64,000 nt of DNA, from the NCBI RefSeq assembly GCF_028641065.1, contig NC_073407.1, positions 15,004,001-15,068,000 on the forward strand, in the 5' to 3' direction. Positions 1 to 13,437 of the stretch are shown in pieces. The notes beneath the pieces are model-generated. The model was not told the origin of the DNA. It searched no databases and saw only the letters and a list, made by a program, of their open reading frames with translations. The position numbers were made by a program, and so were the translations under genes. Source of the DNA: Leucoraja erinacea (taxonomy: Eukaryota). Every line of letters starts with the position of its first letter. The stretch's first letter is position 1.

Positions 1-87
1 ATAGGCATAATATAGGAACATAATCTCCAAAATAAGGGCCTGCTCCCTAAGGCATTGTATGAACCAACGAGACACATGACGTTCTGT
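1..87 (-). CDS. NUP188: NUP188 exon 9 (truncated by window edge)
   Basis: AG acceptor at 88-89; encodes TERHVSRWFIQCLREQALILEIMFLYYAY. Confidence 0.93.
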
Positions 88-339
88 CTGCAGAAAAGCA
101 ATGAAATTCAGTAACTGAAAGCAAGTTTTATTTCAGTTAATTCTAACAAATGGCTAAGGAAGATTATGAACCACGAGATTCCTTTGAAGATTTCTAAAAG
201 ATTTGCAGGCTTGAGCTAAACTTCATAGTCCATAAAATAGATGTCATAAATATACATTTGGAAGATGGTAGTGTTTGGAAGAGAATAGGATAATTTATCA
301 GCATGGCATCAGCATGGCTTTGTCCAACACAAGTAATAT

Positions 340-935
340 CTTATGTTTAATTAGAAGTGTTTTGAGGAGAAAAAGATGATTGATGAGGGTAGGTCAGTGG
401 ATGGTGTCTACATGGACTTCATTAAGGCATTTGACAAGATCCCTCATTGTAGGCTGATCCCGAATATTAAGATGCATTGGATCCACAAAGGATTTAGAAC
501 TAGTCTACCCATACATGACAAATGTTAGTAGTGGACAGGAAGTTTGTGACTGGTGGTGTTTTGCAGGGATCAGAGCTGCAATTTCTTGTTCGTCATATAT
601 AAATGACTTGGATGAAAATGTAGATAGTCGAGAAAGTTTAGACACACAAAAAGTGTTGGAGTTGCGTACAGTGAAAAACGATACAGCATCAATTAAATCA
701 GTAATATATATGGGCACAGAATAGGAATTTAATCCGATCATGCATGAGGTGTTGCACTTTGCTGGTCAATGGGGAAAGCATACAATTAATGGCAGGATCC
801 TTAACAACATTGATGCACAAAGGGAATTTTGGGCCAAGTTCCATAGCTCCCTGAAAGTATCTATACAAATAGTAAAGAAGGCTTATGCTTGCCTTCATCA
901 GTCGGGCATTGAGTATAATCTGCCAGGAGGTCATG
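340..935 (+). mobile_element. Degenerate CR1 LINE RT fragment
   Basis: Recognisable DNA for VYMDF.KAFDK.PH and YINDLDE, interrupted by stops and indels. Confidence 0.7.
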
Positions 936-1984
936 CTATCTAAATAACTAAATTTCTATATCGCTATCGATATAACTAAAACTCTCATCTTGTATATATA
1001 TTTGTACCAATGTTCCCAAAATACAGCCAAAACGGTACACGATAGCGCAACAATTTTAGGCCCACCTTACTCACCATTCATCTGGGGTTTGCAGTAGCAA
1101 GTTTCGTTCGATTTGACAAAGTAATTCTCTTAATAAACTTTACTTCATTTTATTTTTTATCTAATACTTTCGTGTTTATTTGACTGGTGTCACAAAGGGC
1201 ACCCAACTGGTCCTCAGCTGTGCCTGCGCAGTTGGGGGGAGGGTTGCCTTTCCCGATTTTCAGATCGCCATTTTTATCTAATTCCCAACGGCTCCAAGGG
1301 TCATATAGGTTTGAACCAGGAATAAAGGTTTCTACTAATGGTCATATTCCAATAATAATTTTTCTGAAGAATGAACCTGCATATGTGCATTTGCTAATTT
1401 TTGATGGGAATATTCCAGAATTGTACAAGCATAGAAAGATTATTTTTAATATTAATTTATATCATTAGCTGATGGTTGGAAAGAAGCACCAAAGATGGCA
1501 GATTTAATTTTTACATATGTTGTGAATATTTCAATTTGAAATGTTTTATGGCGTCACGATGGGGATAAACTTTAATTAACCACATTTGCTGGGCCCGTCG
1601 GTCGCGTCACAATTGAAAATGGCGCCAGGCCCGCCAACCCTCCACCAACTGCGCAAATACTATAATGTTCTATGTTCCTAATCCTAGTTAAGCAAAGTTC
1701 CTTAATCTGGAGTGGTGACTCCATACTTATGGTTACAGTTGAGAAATATTCACATATCAACAGAAAGTTAATCGCTGGAACCGCTGAGGATGGGAAGAAC
1801 ATCAATTGAAGTAGTGCGGCCTCACAAATACACTTCTCAACAGCAAGCTACATCTGATGGCAATGATATTCATCCCATCTTATATAGTTTGGAACCGAAG
1901 CAACATGATCCAATCAACAGGATGATGGCAAAATAAACAATATAAAAATGAATTTAACGGAATACAAAATCAAATATTACACAC

Positions 1985-2104
1985 CATAAGATTCCCATGA
2001 GATTCCCAAGTTGGAGCTTCAGTTCTGAATAGTTCCTCAAACTGCTTCCGATAATTTGTAACCAGTTCCTTCTCCAGCTTGTCCACACATTTTGAATACT
2101 CTGC
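1985..2104 (-). CDS. NUP188: NUP188 exon 8
   Basis: 120 nt, AG/GT; AEYSKCVDKLEKELVTNYRKQFEELFRTEAPTWESHGNLM. Confidence 0.95.
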
Positions 2105-2201
2105 CTACGAAATTAATAAATACGTACAACTGTAACATTGCTCACACTTCAGTACAGTTTAATTCACCCAAAATGCCTATTCATGTATTACTTTAACTCA
2201 C

Positions 2202-2294
2202 CCTGTAAGGATGTCGTTCATCCTGAAAATATGTGAGTAGGTACAGAACACAACGTAGAGTATAAATTCTTTCTTCATAATAATATTCTGCAAT
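2202..2294 (-). CDS. NUP188: NUP188 exon 7
   Basis: 93 nt, AG/GTGAG; IAEYYYEERIYTLRCVLYLLTYFQDERHPYR. Confidence 0.95.
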
Positions 2295-3275
2295 CTAAGC
2301 AGAGCAAGACAAAAAATAATCAATTTATTCTAAGATAAATGCTTAAGGTGTAAATACGGGCAATGCAAGAATTCAGCAAATGGCAAGTGAAATTATATTT
2401 GAATGTGCAGGCTATAAATTATTTCTGACTTCCACAATTTGAAATACACTGAGAAACTAAATGATGTAAACCAAACATTCATGTTGTAATAAGCAGGTAA
2501 GAACAAATTTTGTTTTTTTTTGTTACACATCGCCAAATTCTGCTTTAAAAATGCTGGCCAAGATGAATCAGAAATCACCACCTCTGCAGCAAATGAATTA
2601 AGTCAAAGACAGTCCAGCAACAAAATCACAGCTCTGAAAATGCTGCAGCTCAAGAATTCTATTTTGGTAAGATATCTGAAAAACCAGAGTTCTCAAATTT
2701 CTCCTCTAAATAAAAATGAAATTATAAAATGCGTATTGATTTATTATTTTAAAGCTGTTTAAGTGTGTTTCCGGACTCTACGGCTCTGGGTACAATCACC
2801 TTCTCCCATATAAGGAATGACATTAAGCTTTTTGTTTCATCCCATGTCTCAAAATGACAAGAGGCAGCAATACCAGTTTCTCAGGATCAATTGAAAAATA
2901 AATAAAAGCAAATCAGTTGATGCTTAATTCCATTTTTAACATAAAACATATACCAGGAAAAATGGCAAAATGAGGAGCTCGGACACCATTCCTTTAAATG
3001 CTTTCATTATAAAAGTCTTCCAAAGTAATTTTTTACTTCCCCTCCCTTTCATTTGTCCCTAACACACAGATCAGGAGATATGAAATGTTGTTCAGCAACT
3101 GCCCATCTAATCTTACACTGCCTTGTGGAAGGCCAGAATTTCTGGTTTGCATATTCTCTCAGCAGCACAGCTGTGAAGAAGAAAAGCCGATGAAAGATAA
3201 AGAGGGAGTTCATATCCAGATTCTCCATTAACACATCTGCTGTACTTTTTAATGTTTAAATATATAACCACTAAC

Positions 3276-3320
3276 CTTTAGTTGCAGGGCTTGGCTCTGT
3301 CTCTCATCCTGCAAAACTGC
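3276..3320 (-). CDS. NUP188: NUP188 exon 6
   Basis: 45 nt; AVLQDERQSQALQLK. Confidence 0.95.
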
Positions 3321-3667
3321 CTGAAAAGGATAAATATAAATTAATAAATGAATCAGTAACATGATGTTAAAGCTGTGAACATAAAAACAAAACTCTTTAA
3401 AAGAAAACAGTATGCCGGAATTTAATACAAAATTCATACCAGAAATTAGGCTGAATCAGACCCTAATTCAATTTTCAGCACAAACTCTACACGTCAAACT
3501 AGTTTTCAATTATAAACTCAGCAAATTTATGAAGATTATTAGTTAATAATGGAAGAAAACCGCGATAACGCCAAATGAGCTACTATGTATCTTCTCATGA
3601 AGTTATATTTCCCCAATTCAATATCTATGATTAACCCACTAGAATGCCCTCGCCAAAAAAGCCATAC

Positions 3668-3748
3668 CTTTATTGAATCCTTTGTGCCCCTGTAATCCTC
3701 TTGAAGATATGATTGTAATATTTGAACACTCTGCTGCTCATCCAGACT
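3668..3748 (-). CDS. NUP188: NUP188 exon 5
   Basis: 81 nt; SLDEQQSVQILQSYLQEDYRGTKDSIK. Confidence 0.95.
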
Positions 3749-4234
3749 CTGTCCAAGAATTAACCAATTATTAGAAGAAATTATAATGTTGTAAATAAGC
3801 ATAACATATTCTTTTTATTTTACAAACAGATGTTGTTTTTAGTCAAACACAACGGAAGCTAATCTTGAGAACTCTTGCTCAAAAAAAAAAAAATCACACT
3901 AACAGTTCCTCGAATAAAAGCAGTTGTGAAAGACATTTGTTTAAGCCATTCATCAGCAGGCAAGACCAGGTTACAATTCACAATTCCATGATCACGAACT
4001 GCAAAAGACATATCCAAAATGTTTCTCTTTACTGCCACCCATCTTCTGACTACCTTCTCTTGGTCTCCTCACTTTCATTTCTCTTTACCCGATTCTACTC
4101 CCAACACAAACCTGATGCCTTCAAGCTCTTCAGCTCTCCCCCTTTTCTTTCCCTCCTTTGTGAATTCTCTAAGCACATCTTGTCCTGAGACCAACATTAC
4201 CACTTAAATAGCCCAGCTCAAATTCACTGAACAT

Positions 4235-5215
4235 CATATTTCACCGAGAGAAATGTGAAGTCATTCACTTTGGGAAAAAAAATGATAGGGCAAGTTATTT
4301 TCTAAATGAGGAGGAGCTGCGTTGTAATGCAACGCAAAGGGATCTAGGGGTATTAGTACATGAATCACTGAAAGTTAGTATGCAGGTGCAGCAAGCAATC
4401 AGGAAGGCCAATGGAGTTTTGGCCTTTTTGCTAGGGGGATTGAGTAAAAACATGGAGGTCTTGCTACCACACAGTATTAGTGAGACCACACATACACAGT
4501 CTGGGGTCCATACTTAAGAAAGGATGTACTAGCCCTGGACTGCAGCGAACTGTTTACAAGATTAATTCCTGCAATGAGGGGATTGACATATGAGGAAAGG
4601 TTAAGTAGGCTGGAACTCTACTCTTTGGAGTTTGAGAGGCGATCTCATTGAAAGATCGTGAGGGGCCTTGATCGGGTGGATGCACTGAGGATGTTCCCAT
4701 GATCGGGGGGAAACTAGAACTAGGGGACATAGTTGCAGAATTCTTTTAACACTGAGATGAGGAAGAACTTCTTCCCCCAGAGGGTGGTTAATTTATGGAA
4801 TTCACTGCCCCAGGGAGCAGTGGAAGCAGAAACTTTAAATATATTTAAGACTAAAATAGATGGTTTTTTAGCTGCCAATTGAGGGCAGGGATATGGACCT
4901 AGGTATTAGTATAGTAAGACCTGAGTGATCTCCTGGACAAATGTCGATCGCCTGGATTGGGGTCGGAGAGGAATTTCCCGGATTTTTTTTCCCGAATTGT
5001 ACCTGGGTGGGCCTCCCCCAGGAGATCACGAGGTTCTTGGGGGTGGAGAGGGGTGATAGCGGTATAAGGGGGAGGGAGTGTCTTGTGTTCTGTGTCCCTA
5101 CTGTTTGTGGGTAATGTGTCTGTTTAGTGTTCAGCCATGAGCGAATGGCGGTGCGGGCTCGACGGACCTGGTGGTCTACTCTCGCACCTACTTTCTATGT
5201 TTCTATGTTTCTATG
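4235..5215 (+). mobile_element. 5'-truncated CR1 LINE with long 3' UTR and (TTTCTATG)3 tail
   Basis: KCEVIHFG and QVQQAIRKANG-type coding remnants; tail at about 5192-5215. Confidence 0.8.
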
Positions 5216-5309
5216 ATGTATTTCTCCTTGTTCTTCTAGACCAGTTTTCAGCCTGTCACAAATTACCACACCATTTGCTCCAACATACAAGTCCACAATT
5301 ATCTAACTG

Positions 5310-5630
5310 AACTGAACAGAATTGAATTGAAAGATACCGCGTAGAAACAGGACCTTTGGCCTTTTGAATCCATGCCAACCATCAAACAGCCATTCACACT
5401 AGTTCTATGTTATCCCACGTTCACATCCACTCTCTAAACACTATGCAATTGACAGAGATCAATTAACCTACAAATGCATGCACCTTTGGTATGTGGGAGG
5501 AAACCGACACACCAGGAGGAAACCCACATGGTCACAGAGACAACGCGCAAATTCCAGAGACAGCGCCCAAGGTCCGGATCATAACCAGGTCTCCGGTGCT
5601 GTGATGCAGTAGCTCTACCAGCTATGCCTA
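5310..5630 (-). mobile_element. tRNA-derived SINE (HE1/V-SINE-like)
   Basis: Minus strand: A-box-like GGTAGAGC, degenerate B box, central TGGGTTTCCTCC...GGTTTCCTCCCACA core, CR1-like 3' end and simple-repeat tail. Confidence 0.65.
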
Positions 5631-5771
5631 CCCTTGAGTAGAAATGTGAGAAAGTGGACAGGTAGACACAAAGTGGAATTCCTTTCATAGTTCCACTCAG
5701 ATTAAATTTCAACACAGTGCCCACACAGGAGACTGCATTATGACACACAAAATAACAATCATGGTACACAC

Positions 5772-5856
5772 CAAGAATTTGCTGATCCGTAGTCCAAGTT
5801 CCTTCAATGGTACCACCACTTCCTTATCAGACTTCAGCTTATCCCCAGAAGATGCA
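5772..5856 (-). CDS. NUP188: NUP188 exon 4
   Basis: 85 nt; (S)ASSGDKLKSDKEVVVPLKELGLRISKFL. Confidence 0.94.
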
Positions 5857-6376
5857 CTGTAACAGAAACATAGTAGTTAACAAGCTTACTAAACTTGATA
5901 GCTACAAAAAAAGCTATTTTATCTGTAGCAATGGCTAGGGGTTGTTTATTAAATCCAAATATTCCAAAACATAAATTATACTGGTGAATACGTTTGCATC
6001 CAATTTATTCTTTACACTGAACATTGGTGGCTAACTCGTGAAATTTATTTATATTGAACAGATATTAAGCAACTAACTTAAAGTCAGAACATAGCATAAG
6101 GAGCTGAACAGAATACTGCATAATGCTGTCCTTCCCAGTAATCTACACTTACATTCTCGCTGATTATTTTCACACTTTAAATCAATTAACTGTTCACTCA
6201 ATGTACCCAGCAAATGTATATTCCATTCCCATTCTCTTATACCTCAAACTATAAGGAAAATACAACATAAAAAATAATTATACTATTCAACAATGAATGC
6301 AAGCTTCATTATGCTTGGAGCGTTTATTCCATTAAGGAAATGTTATCCCAATTATTAACTGAGGTTTCAGTGTTAC

Positions 6377-6450
6377 CTAGGCGGCTTATAATATGAAAGT
6401 CCAGTCAGTAACCGGTCACTATGTCGGTCCAATTCAGCTTCAACCTGAGC
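6377..6450 (-). CDS. NUP188: NUP188 exon 3
   Basis: 74 nt; AQVEAELDRHSDRLLTGLSYYKPP(S). Confidence 0.94.
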
Positions 6451-6709
6451 CTGAAAGAAAACGAATATATAAAACTTTAACCTCTACAATTTATTCACCT
6501 TGTATATTTCACCTATTACATTTAGCTTTTTCCTTGCAACCGCTCCGTTACCCACCACAGACTGCAATTGTATTGGTAGATCTTTTGTATATCGTACCTG
6601 TTCTAATTTTTCATCCTACAAGTTTCCCTACTAACAACGATCACCTATTTATAATCTTCTGCTGACACTGTTTTTATAGGTAGAAATCAACACACTTAAC
6701 ACTCTAGAT

Positions 6710-7670
6710 CAGTGTTTCCCAAAGTGGGGTACATGTACCCCCAGTCTTACACGAAAGGTCTTCAGGAGGTACGCGGCAATTCTCAGCTATGTACTACTAA
6801 AATAGATTAATTATTAGAAAAAAAATACTGTGGTTACAAATTATCTTATACATACACATTTGCAAATAAATTATATATTTTGTATAAATTCCCCTACTCA
6901 AGTTGTGATAGCTGCTGCATTTGGGTAGTTTGCAGTCTCCCGCGTGAGTTGTTAATGGAGAAGTGGACAAGTTCGAGGGAACAAATTGAAGATGGCGTGA
7001 TGATTATTTATAATACGGCATTTACAGAGTTTACAGATTAATCTAGAAAAGTATTTCCCTGAATTGGACATGGATATTGAAGTGGATAAGATACCCATTC
7101 AACATCAATCAATCAGTGCCAAAAGGAAACAGAAGAAGAACACCTTTTTAACTAGCTTCTGATGGATTCTTGAAAAACAAATATAAAGATATAACGCATT
7201 ATCTTCATTTTGGTTACAAACACAAAATGAATTTCCAGAATTGTCAGATAAAGCCCTAAAGTTAATTTTGCATTTCAAAGCTCATACCTGTGTGAAGTTG
7301 GATTTTTGGCCCTTGTGGACATTAAGACGAAGAAGATGAACCGCATATTAGATGTCGAACCGCAACCGAGGTTGAAATTAACAACTACAGAGCCAAATTT
7401 TGCCAAAATATTTTCCCAACATAAGCTATTTCATCCTTCACATTGATGATAAATTATTTTTATTCATGGATACTTTATTAATTTTATTCTAGTAATTATA
7501 CATTATATTATAGAAAACTTTTGTTTACATGCGACCTTAATCCAAAATAAAAATGTATGCAATTTTTATCGACTTTTACAATGAAATACGATTGGTTTTA
7601 ACGAGGGGTACAAGATGCTTACGAAAATTTACTAAGGGGTACACGGGTATCAACACTTTTGGAATCACTA
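6710..7670 (+). mobile_element. Internally deleted hAT (Charlie/Buster-type) DNA transposon
   Basis: 8-bp TSD CTCTAGAT at 6702-6709 and 7671-7678. Termini CAGTGTTTCCCAAAGTG / CACTTTTGGAATCACTA. Transposase C-terminal remnant FWLQTQNEFPELSDKALK...SSYLCEVGF. Confidence 0.9.
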
Positions 7671-8002
7671 CTCTAGATTGATATAACTTTTGGTTTTATT
7701 TTCAATATATGTAAAAATGTTGTGAAAGAAAACCCAATGTACACCAACAAATGTCATGGAAGGCTGTGGTCATAAATCTGCCAAAATACGAATTACTACA
7801 AATAGGAAACCACAGACTATGTGTCCTTTAAAATCATTTTAGGCCATTGTCACTGGTGTAGCCCCTCAAAGGATTATTTACACTAATATACCATACTGTT
7901 AAAGCGACTGGAAATTCTGGAGAAATATCAACACTTCATGTATCCTTGTGACATTAATCAACCAACTTCAATTTGGAGCTCAGCATATCGAGTTGAACTT
8001 AC

Positions 8003-8057
8003 AGTGTCTCTTAGCGCCGATCTTCCCAGTAATATCGTCCAGAGCTCTCGACTACTC
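8003..8057 (-). CDS. NUP188: NUP188 exon 2
   Basis: 55 nt, donor GTAAGT; (R)SSRELWTILLGRSALRDT. Confidence 0.95.
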
Positions 8058-9240
8058 CTGTGAACAAGTTAATATTCTTTACCAAAGAAATTATATCATA
8101 ATATCGAATTAGCAAATATGCACAAGATGAAAACCAAAATGAAAACGATGTTGCCTAAAGAGATAATCATGAGGCTCTCACTTTGCCTAATTTTACTGAA
8201 AACTTAGTGATGAATTTTACGACACTGAACTCATGCTCTCCATGAGCAAGAGCTGACATTGGCTCTCAAATTAATCTTAAATAGGACATGCAGCCAGAGT
8301 GACATTCTTATCTAAACATCCGTTCAGTTGGTTACATTGCTTTTCTATAAGTTGGCTTAAGTTTGTGATTAAAAGAAACAGCAGTATTGACTGCTAATCA
8401 TGAAGAAAACAATCACAAAAAAATTGACCAAAAAACATACTGCTGGAGGAACTCAGGCAGTTTGTTTTATGCTCAGGATTGCGGCACAAAAATCTGCATT
8501 TACCATACATTGGAGGACAGGGATTCATCAAAGGCAGCTTCTGGATTTCTATGTAAAACAGACCCCATAGGTTGGTAGCAGTATCATGGTATTATGAAAG
8601 CAATTAGTAACATTTCAATGGGAAAACCCAGAAATATCATTACAATAAAACTCTGATAACACAGCATGTTTAGTTAGGACTTTGTAGTCTGGTGTTGCAC
8701 CATCGTATTTTGCAGATATTTAAATGTTTTTTATATTAATACCCCAATACATAATTAATTCCGATTTTTTACAGTTACACAATACTATAGAACAGTTTCC
8801 GAGTTGACAAAACAAAACATCAGCGAGTGAGAAGGGTGAGCAGCAAATATTACTTGCAAATCATTGGGACATAAATGGCCAGATAGCAGATTACAGAAGC
8901 TTTACCATATTGCAGCTCCAGAAACCTTTTTTTTAAATTAATTAACAGGATATGGCCATCACCGGCAGGATCAGCACTTAATGCCCACTTCTAATTTACC
9001 TTCAAGATGACACTATGGATCTAATGTGGGCAAATTGGATTGGTATCAACTTCTCCATGCCAGATAATAGGAATCTTAAGTATCTGCAGTCATTGCCCTT
9101 GAAGATCATGGTCAGGCATTTGGTAGATGCTGCATATAATGGAAATCAGAAATAGAAGCAGGAAATTCTCAGCAGGCCCATGGCATCTGCCAAGAGCCAT
9201 GATGGTTGAGGTTAACAACCTTTCATTTTGAACTTTTTCC

Positions 9241-10267
9241 ATTTGATTGAATTGATTGAATTTTGATTGATTGAATACCTTTATTGTCATTCAGACCTTA
9301 CGGTCTGAACGAAATTTCGTGCCTGCAGTCATACATACAATCAAACAATAATAAACAACACTAAACACAAATTAACATCCACCACAATGTATCCTCCAAG
9401 CACCTCCTCACTGTGGTGGAGGCAAAAATCTTAGGGCTGCAGTCTCTTCCCTCCTCTTCTCCCTCGGCGCTGAGGCGATTCCCCACCGGGCGATGGCACA
9501 TACAGTCCCGTGGCTCACCGAACCCCGCAAACGGGCCGGCTCAAACACCGCGGCCCGGGGTGGTCGAAGCTGCCGCCCTCCAGTCCAGCGGACGCACCCG
9601 CTGGCCCGCGGTGAACCCCGGGACTCAGGTCATAGCCGCCAGAACGCCGTCCCAGCCACCGGAGCACCGTTCCAGCCCCGAGCCGGATCGCCCTCACGTG
9701 AGTGCCGTTCCTCCCTCGAGCTGGGCCACTCCGACGGGAGTGCCATTCCATCTCGAGCTGGGCCGCTCCGACGGGAGCGCCATTCCACCTCAAGCTGGGC
9801 CGCTCCGACGGGAGCGCCATTCCACCTCGAGCTGGGCCGCTCTGACGGGAGCGCCATTCCACCTCGAGCTGGGCCACTCCGACGGGAGCGCCATTCCACC
9901 CTCGGGATGGGCCGCTCCGACGGGAGCGCCATTCCTCCCTCGAGCTGGGCCGCTCTGAGGGGAGCGCCATTCCTCCCTCGAGCTGGGCCGCTCCGAGGGG
10001 AGCACCACAGCCCCTCACAAGAGAGTCTCAGCCCCTCGCCAGGCCACCCTCACGGGAGCATCACAGCCCCTCACGGGAGCGCCGTTCCAGCCCCGAGCCG
10101 GACCGCCCTCACGGGAGCGAGCCCAGGGCAAGTCCTGACTGGCGCTACCTCTGGAGCATCGAGGTCACCAGCTTCGCTATTGGGCCTCAGCGCAGACGGA
10201 GGCAGAGAAGGGGGATACGACAAAAAAGTCGCATTCCCCCAAAGGGAGAGACAGCAAGCCCCGTTTC

Positions 10268-10310
<43 letters not shown>

Positions 10311-10425
10311 ATAAACACAACCTAAAAACCAAAAACTTAACTAGACAAAACAAAAAAAACAACACAAAAAAGTAAAGACAAACGGACTGCAGGCGAGCCG
10401 CAGCCGTTCAGCAGCGCCGCACTTC
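9241..10425 (-). mobile_element. Non-autonomous GC-rich retroposon with simple-repeat tail and internal minisatellite
   Basis: The 3' end (hairpin TTCAGACC-TTAC-GGTCTGAA, AATAAA, (TCAAT)n tail) resembles the opposite-strand copy at about 55340-55630. Confidence 0.6.
9715..10005. repeat. 37-38 bp GC-rich minisatellite, 8 units
   Basis: Unit CTCGAGCTGGGCCGCTCCGACGGGAGCGCCATTCCAC starts at 9715, 9752, 9789, 9826, 9863, 9901, 9939 and 9977. Confidence 0.92.
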
Positions 10426-10967
10426 GGGATTTCTGATTAAACAAATTACAAAGAGCTAGTGACAAAGAAATAACTGGAATATCAAACAATAAGTGGTGGT
10501 AATGCAAGTTTTAAGATGATGATTAAAATATCTCTGGAAGAGGTACAAATTATACCCAAAATATAAGGAGATTAATAAAAAAGAAATGCTGGAAATGTTA
10601 GATTAGCTGAAACTGTTGAATTAATCATCGTCACAAAAGCATGTCAGAAAATGAGGCAATGTTCCTGAAGTTTATGTTCAACTCAAGATCCGTCTTGTGG
10701 ACTAAATGGAGTCCAGAGGTGAGCACATCAAATCCAGAGGAGAGCACATCAAAAGCAAACAATCAAATGTTAACTGAAGTGGATGTACAGCTGTGAATTC
10801 CTACCTCACCTGGACAGAATGTACGAGTCCAGGAAGAGAGCATGTAAAAAGGCAGGTGCAACATCTTCTGTATTTGCCTGGGAAGGTGCTCAAGAAGAGG
10901 AGGGATATTGATGGAGATGAAAGAACAGGTCTAGGTATTGCACGGGAAATAGTCATTGACAGATGTC

Positions 10968-11408
10968 GAGAAGGCTGGGACTCTATTCCTTGGAGCGCAG
11001 GAGGATGAGGGGTGATCTTATAGAGGTGTATAAGATCGTGAGCAGAATAGATCGGATAGATGCACAGAGTCTCTTTCCCAGAGTAGGCAAATCAAGAACC
11101 AGAGGATATAGGATTAAGGTAAAGGGGAAAAGATTTAATAGTGGTAAATGAGAGGTAACTTTTTTCACACAAAGGGTGATGGATGTATGGAACGAGCTGA
11201 CAGAGAAGGTAGTTGAGGCAGGAACTATCCCAACATTTAACAAGCAGTTAGACAGGTACATGGATAGAAAATGTCTGGAGGGATATGGACCAAATGCTGG
11301 CAGGTGGGACTAGTGTAGCTGGGACATGTTAGCTGGTGTGGGCAAGTTGGACTGAATGGCCCGTTTCCACATTGTATCACTCTATAACTCTCTCTATGAC
11401 TCTATGAC
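10968..11408 (+). mobile_element. CR1 LINE 3' fragment
   Basis: LGLYSLERRRMRGDLIEVYKI; (ACTCTATG) tail. Confidence 0.85.
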
Positions 11409-12107
11409 AGTGATGGAAGAGAAGTAGGAGAGAAGATTTGACTGGTAGTAGTATCACAGATATGTTTAAATCAGAATCCATTGAACCAGAAGCTTGTGGG
11501 TAATAAGGAATTAAGAGGGATTCTATTCTTGTTCATACAAGGAGGCAAAAATTATCAATGGGAAAAAATTCAGAATCCCCAAACTAGAAAAAGATAATCA
11601 CGAATGAGAACAAACTTTGAAAATAAAGTAGCATGGAATTATAAAAAGTAGAAGTTTCTCTAAATACATAATAGAGATCCAAGTGAACACAGACCCTTAA
11701 AGAATGAGTTGGGGAAATAGTTATGGGGAAAAAGGAAATAGTAGAGTTCAACTGATATTTTGTATCAGTCTTTACAGTAGAATATATTATGAAGCCTATT
11801 AACTGAATAGTCTTGGGGGGTGGACAAATGCTATCAACATGATTAGAAATTGAGTGTTAGGCAAATTAGGCAAATTAATACACTTTATCTGACTATGATG
11901 GCTTGCATCCTCAGATCCTAAAAGAATTGACAATTCAGATAATGAATGGATTGGTTGTAATCTTGCAAAAAGACTTGATTCTGACGCAGAGAACCGGAAA
12001 ATTATTCAAAAATGGAGGCAAAACACAGGCAACCATTTAACATTATCTATTGGAAAAAATTTGAAATTAATTATTAAGGAAACAATAGCAACATATTTGA
12101 AAATCGA

Positions 12108-12465
12108 ATAGTGAAAGGCTTGGGTAGAGTGGATGTGGAGAATGTTTCCACTAGTGGGAGAGTCTAGGACTAGAGGTCATAGCCTCAGAATTAAAGGACG
12201 TTCCTTTAGGAAGGAGAAAAGGAGGAATTTATTTAGTCAGAGGGTGGTGAATCTGTGGAATTCATTGCCATAGATGGCTATGGAGGCCACGGCATTGGGA
12301 TATTTTAAGGCGTAGATAGATAGATTATTGATTAGTATGGGTGTCAGGGGTTATGGGGAGAAGGCAGGAGAATGGGGTTAAGAGGGAGAGATGGATCAGC
12401 CATGATTGAATGGTGGAGTAGACTTGATGGGTCAAATGACCTAATTCTGCTCCTATTACATGAAT
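12108..12465 (+). mobile_element. CR1 LINE 3' fragment
   Basis: SRTRGHSLRIKG and QRVVNLWNSLP remnants plus CR1 3' UTR. Confidence 0.8.
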
Positions 12466-13437
12466 TTAATAGAATAAAATGATTAGTGAATATTTGTTTA
12501 AAAATCTCCACTACTTCAGAAGAATGTTCTCACTGAAAATATCATCCTGCTTTTCTTTTTTTAGATCCTCACTGTACCCAGGAGATTTATGGATCATAAG
12601 GTTTTTGAAATGTTGAATTCCAAATTCAACAGAAAGAAAACAAGAATAAATTGGGTAAGTCTAGCTCTCATGTGACTGCTAAATGTAGATCACATCTAGT
12701 TGTTACATCATAATAGTTTTGGATTAACAGTGCTAGTTTGAATACATGCTGGACTTTTTAAAATACTTTTTCACAAGAACAGTACCGTGGCTAAAATGAA
12801 ACTATCTCCACCCTCTCAAAGGCTATTTTTATTTCCCCCTGCAGTTTGAGCGAGCAGTCAGTCTCCCCGATGATAATGTTATGAAAAGTCCATTTCATTC
12901 ATCGGGAATAGAAATTCTTCCACGTGGTCCAAGTGTTGTAAAGAAGGATGACCAAAACTCAGATATATTGACTATCTCAACACTGCGTGCTGGTTATCAT
13001 TGACAGTGGGACCAGAATATGGGAATTTACTGGGGAGACCAGAGGGTTTTAGACACATTCTGGGTTCCAGATATCCCAGATATGTCCAGTGACAAGAAGA
13101 AAGGATTTCTTACCAATTACCTCCCCTTTGTAATAAAACCCCATTAAAACCACTATTCAGAATGCCTTATTAAGAAATAACATGTATTATCCATGGGACC
13201 AAATGCTCATCCTTCATCCGCCAGACTCACGCCTCGAGATTTGAATGTAAACTCGTGTCAGCGCGCTCTCCCATTTACCGGCCAAAACCCCTGGAACTGC
13301 TCCTTCCCCGCCACACCCACCTCACCGTTAAACCCCCAGAAGTTTAATTCCGGAAAAGCACTCGACCTTAACTCAAACAGGTCTTTCCGCTTTTTTTTTT
13401 TTAATTTTACGAAAAAGTTTGTCTATTTTTTTTTTAC

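Noticed and set aside
937-1690. Possible Helitron-like element (ATCTAAATAACTAAA start, CTAGT at about 1684)
   Set aside because: No clear subterminal hairpin and no second copy in the window, so boundaries cannot be supported.
9715-10005. 37-bp repeats as a CRISPR array; overlapping 167-273 aa ORFs as genes
   Set aside because: Units are head-to-tail with no unique spacers, the context is eukaryotic, and there are no cas genes. The ORFs are by-products of a GC-rich minisatellite.
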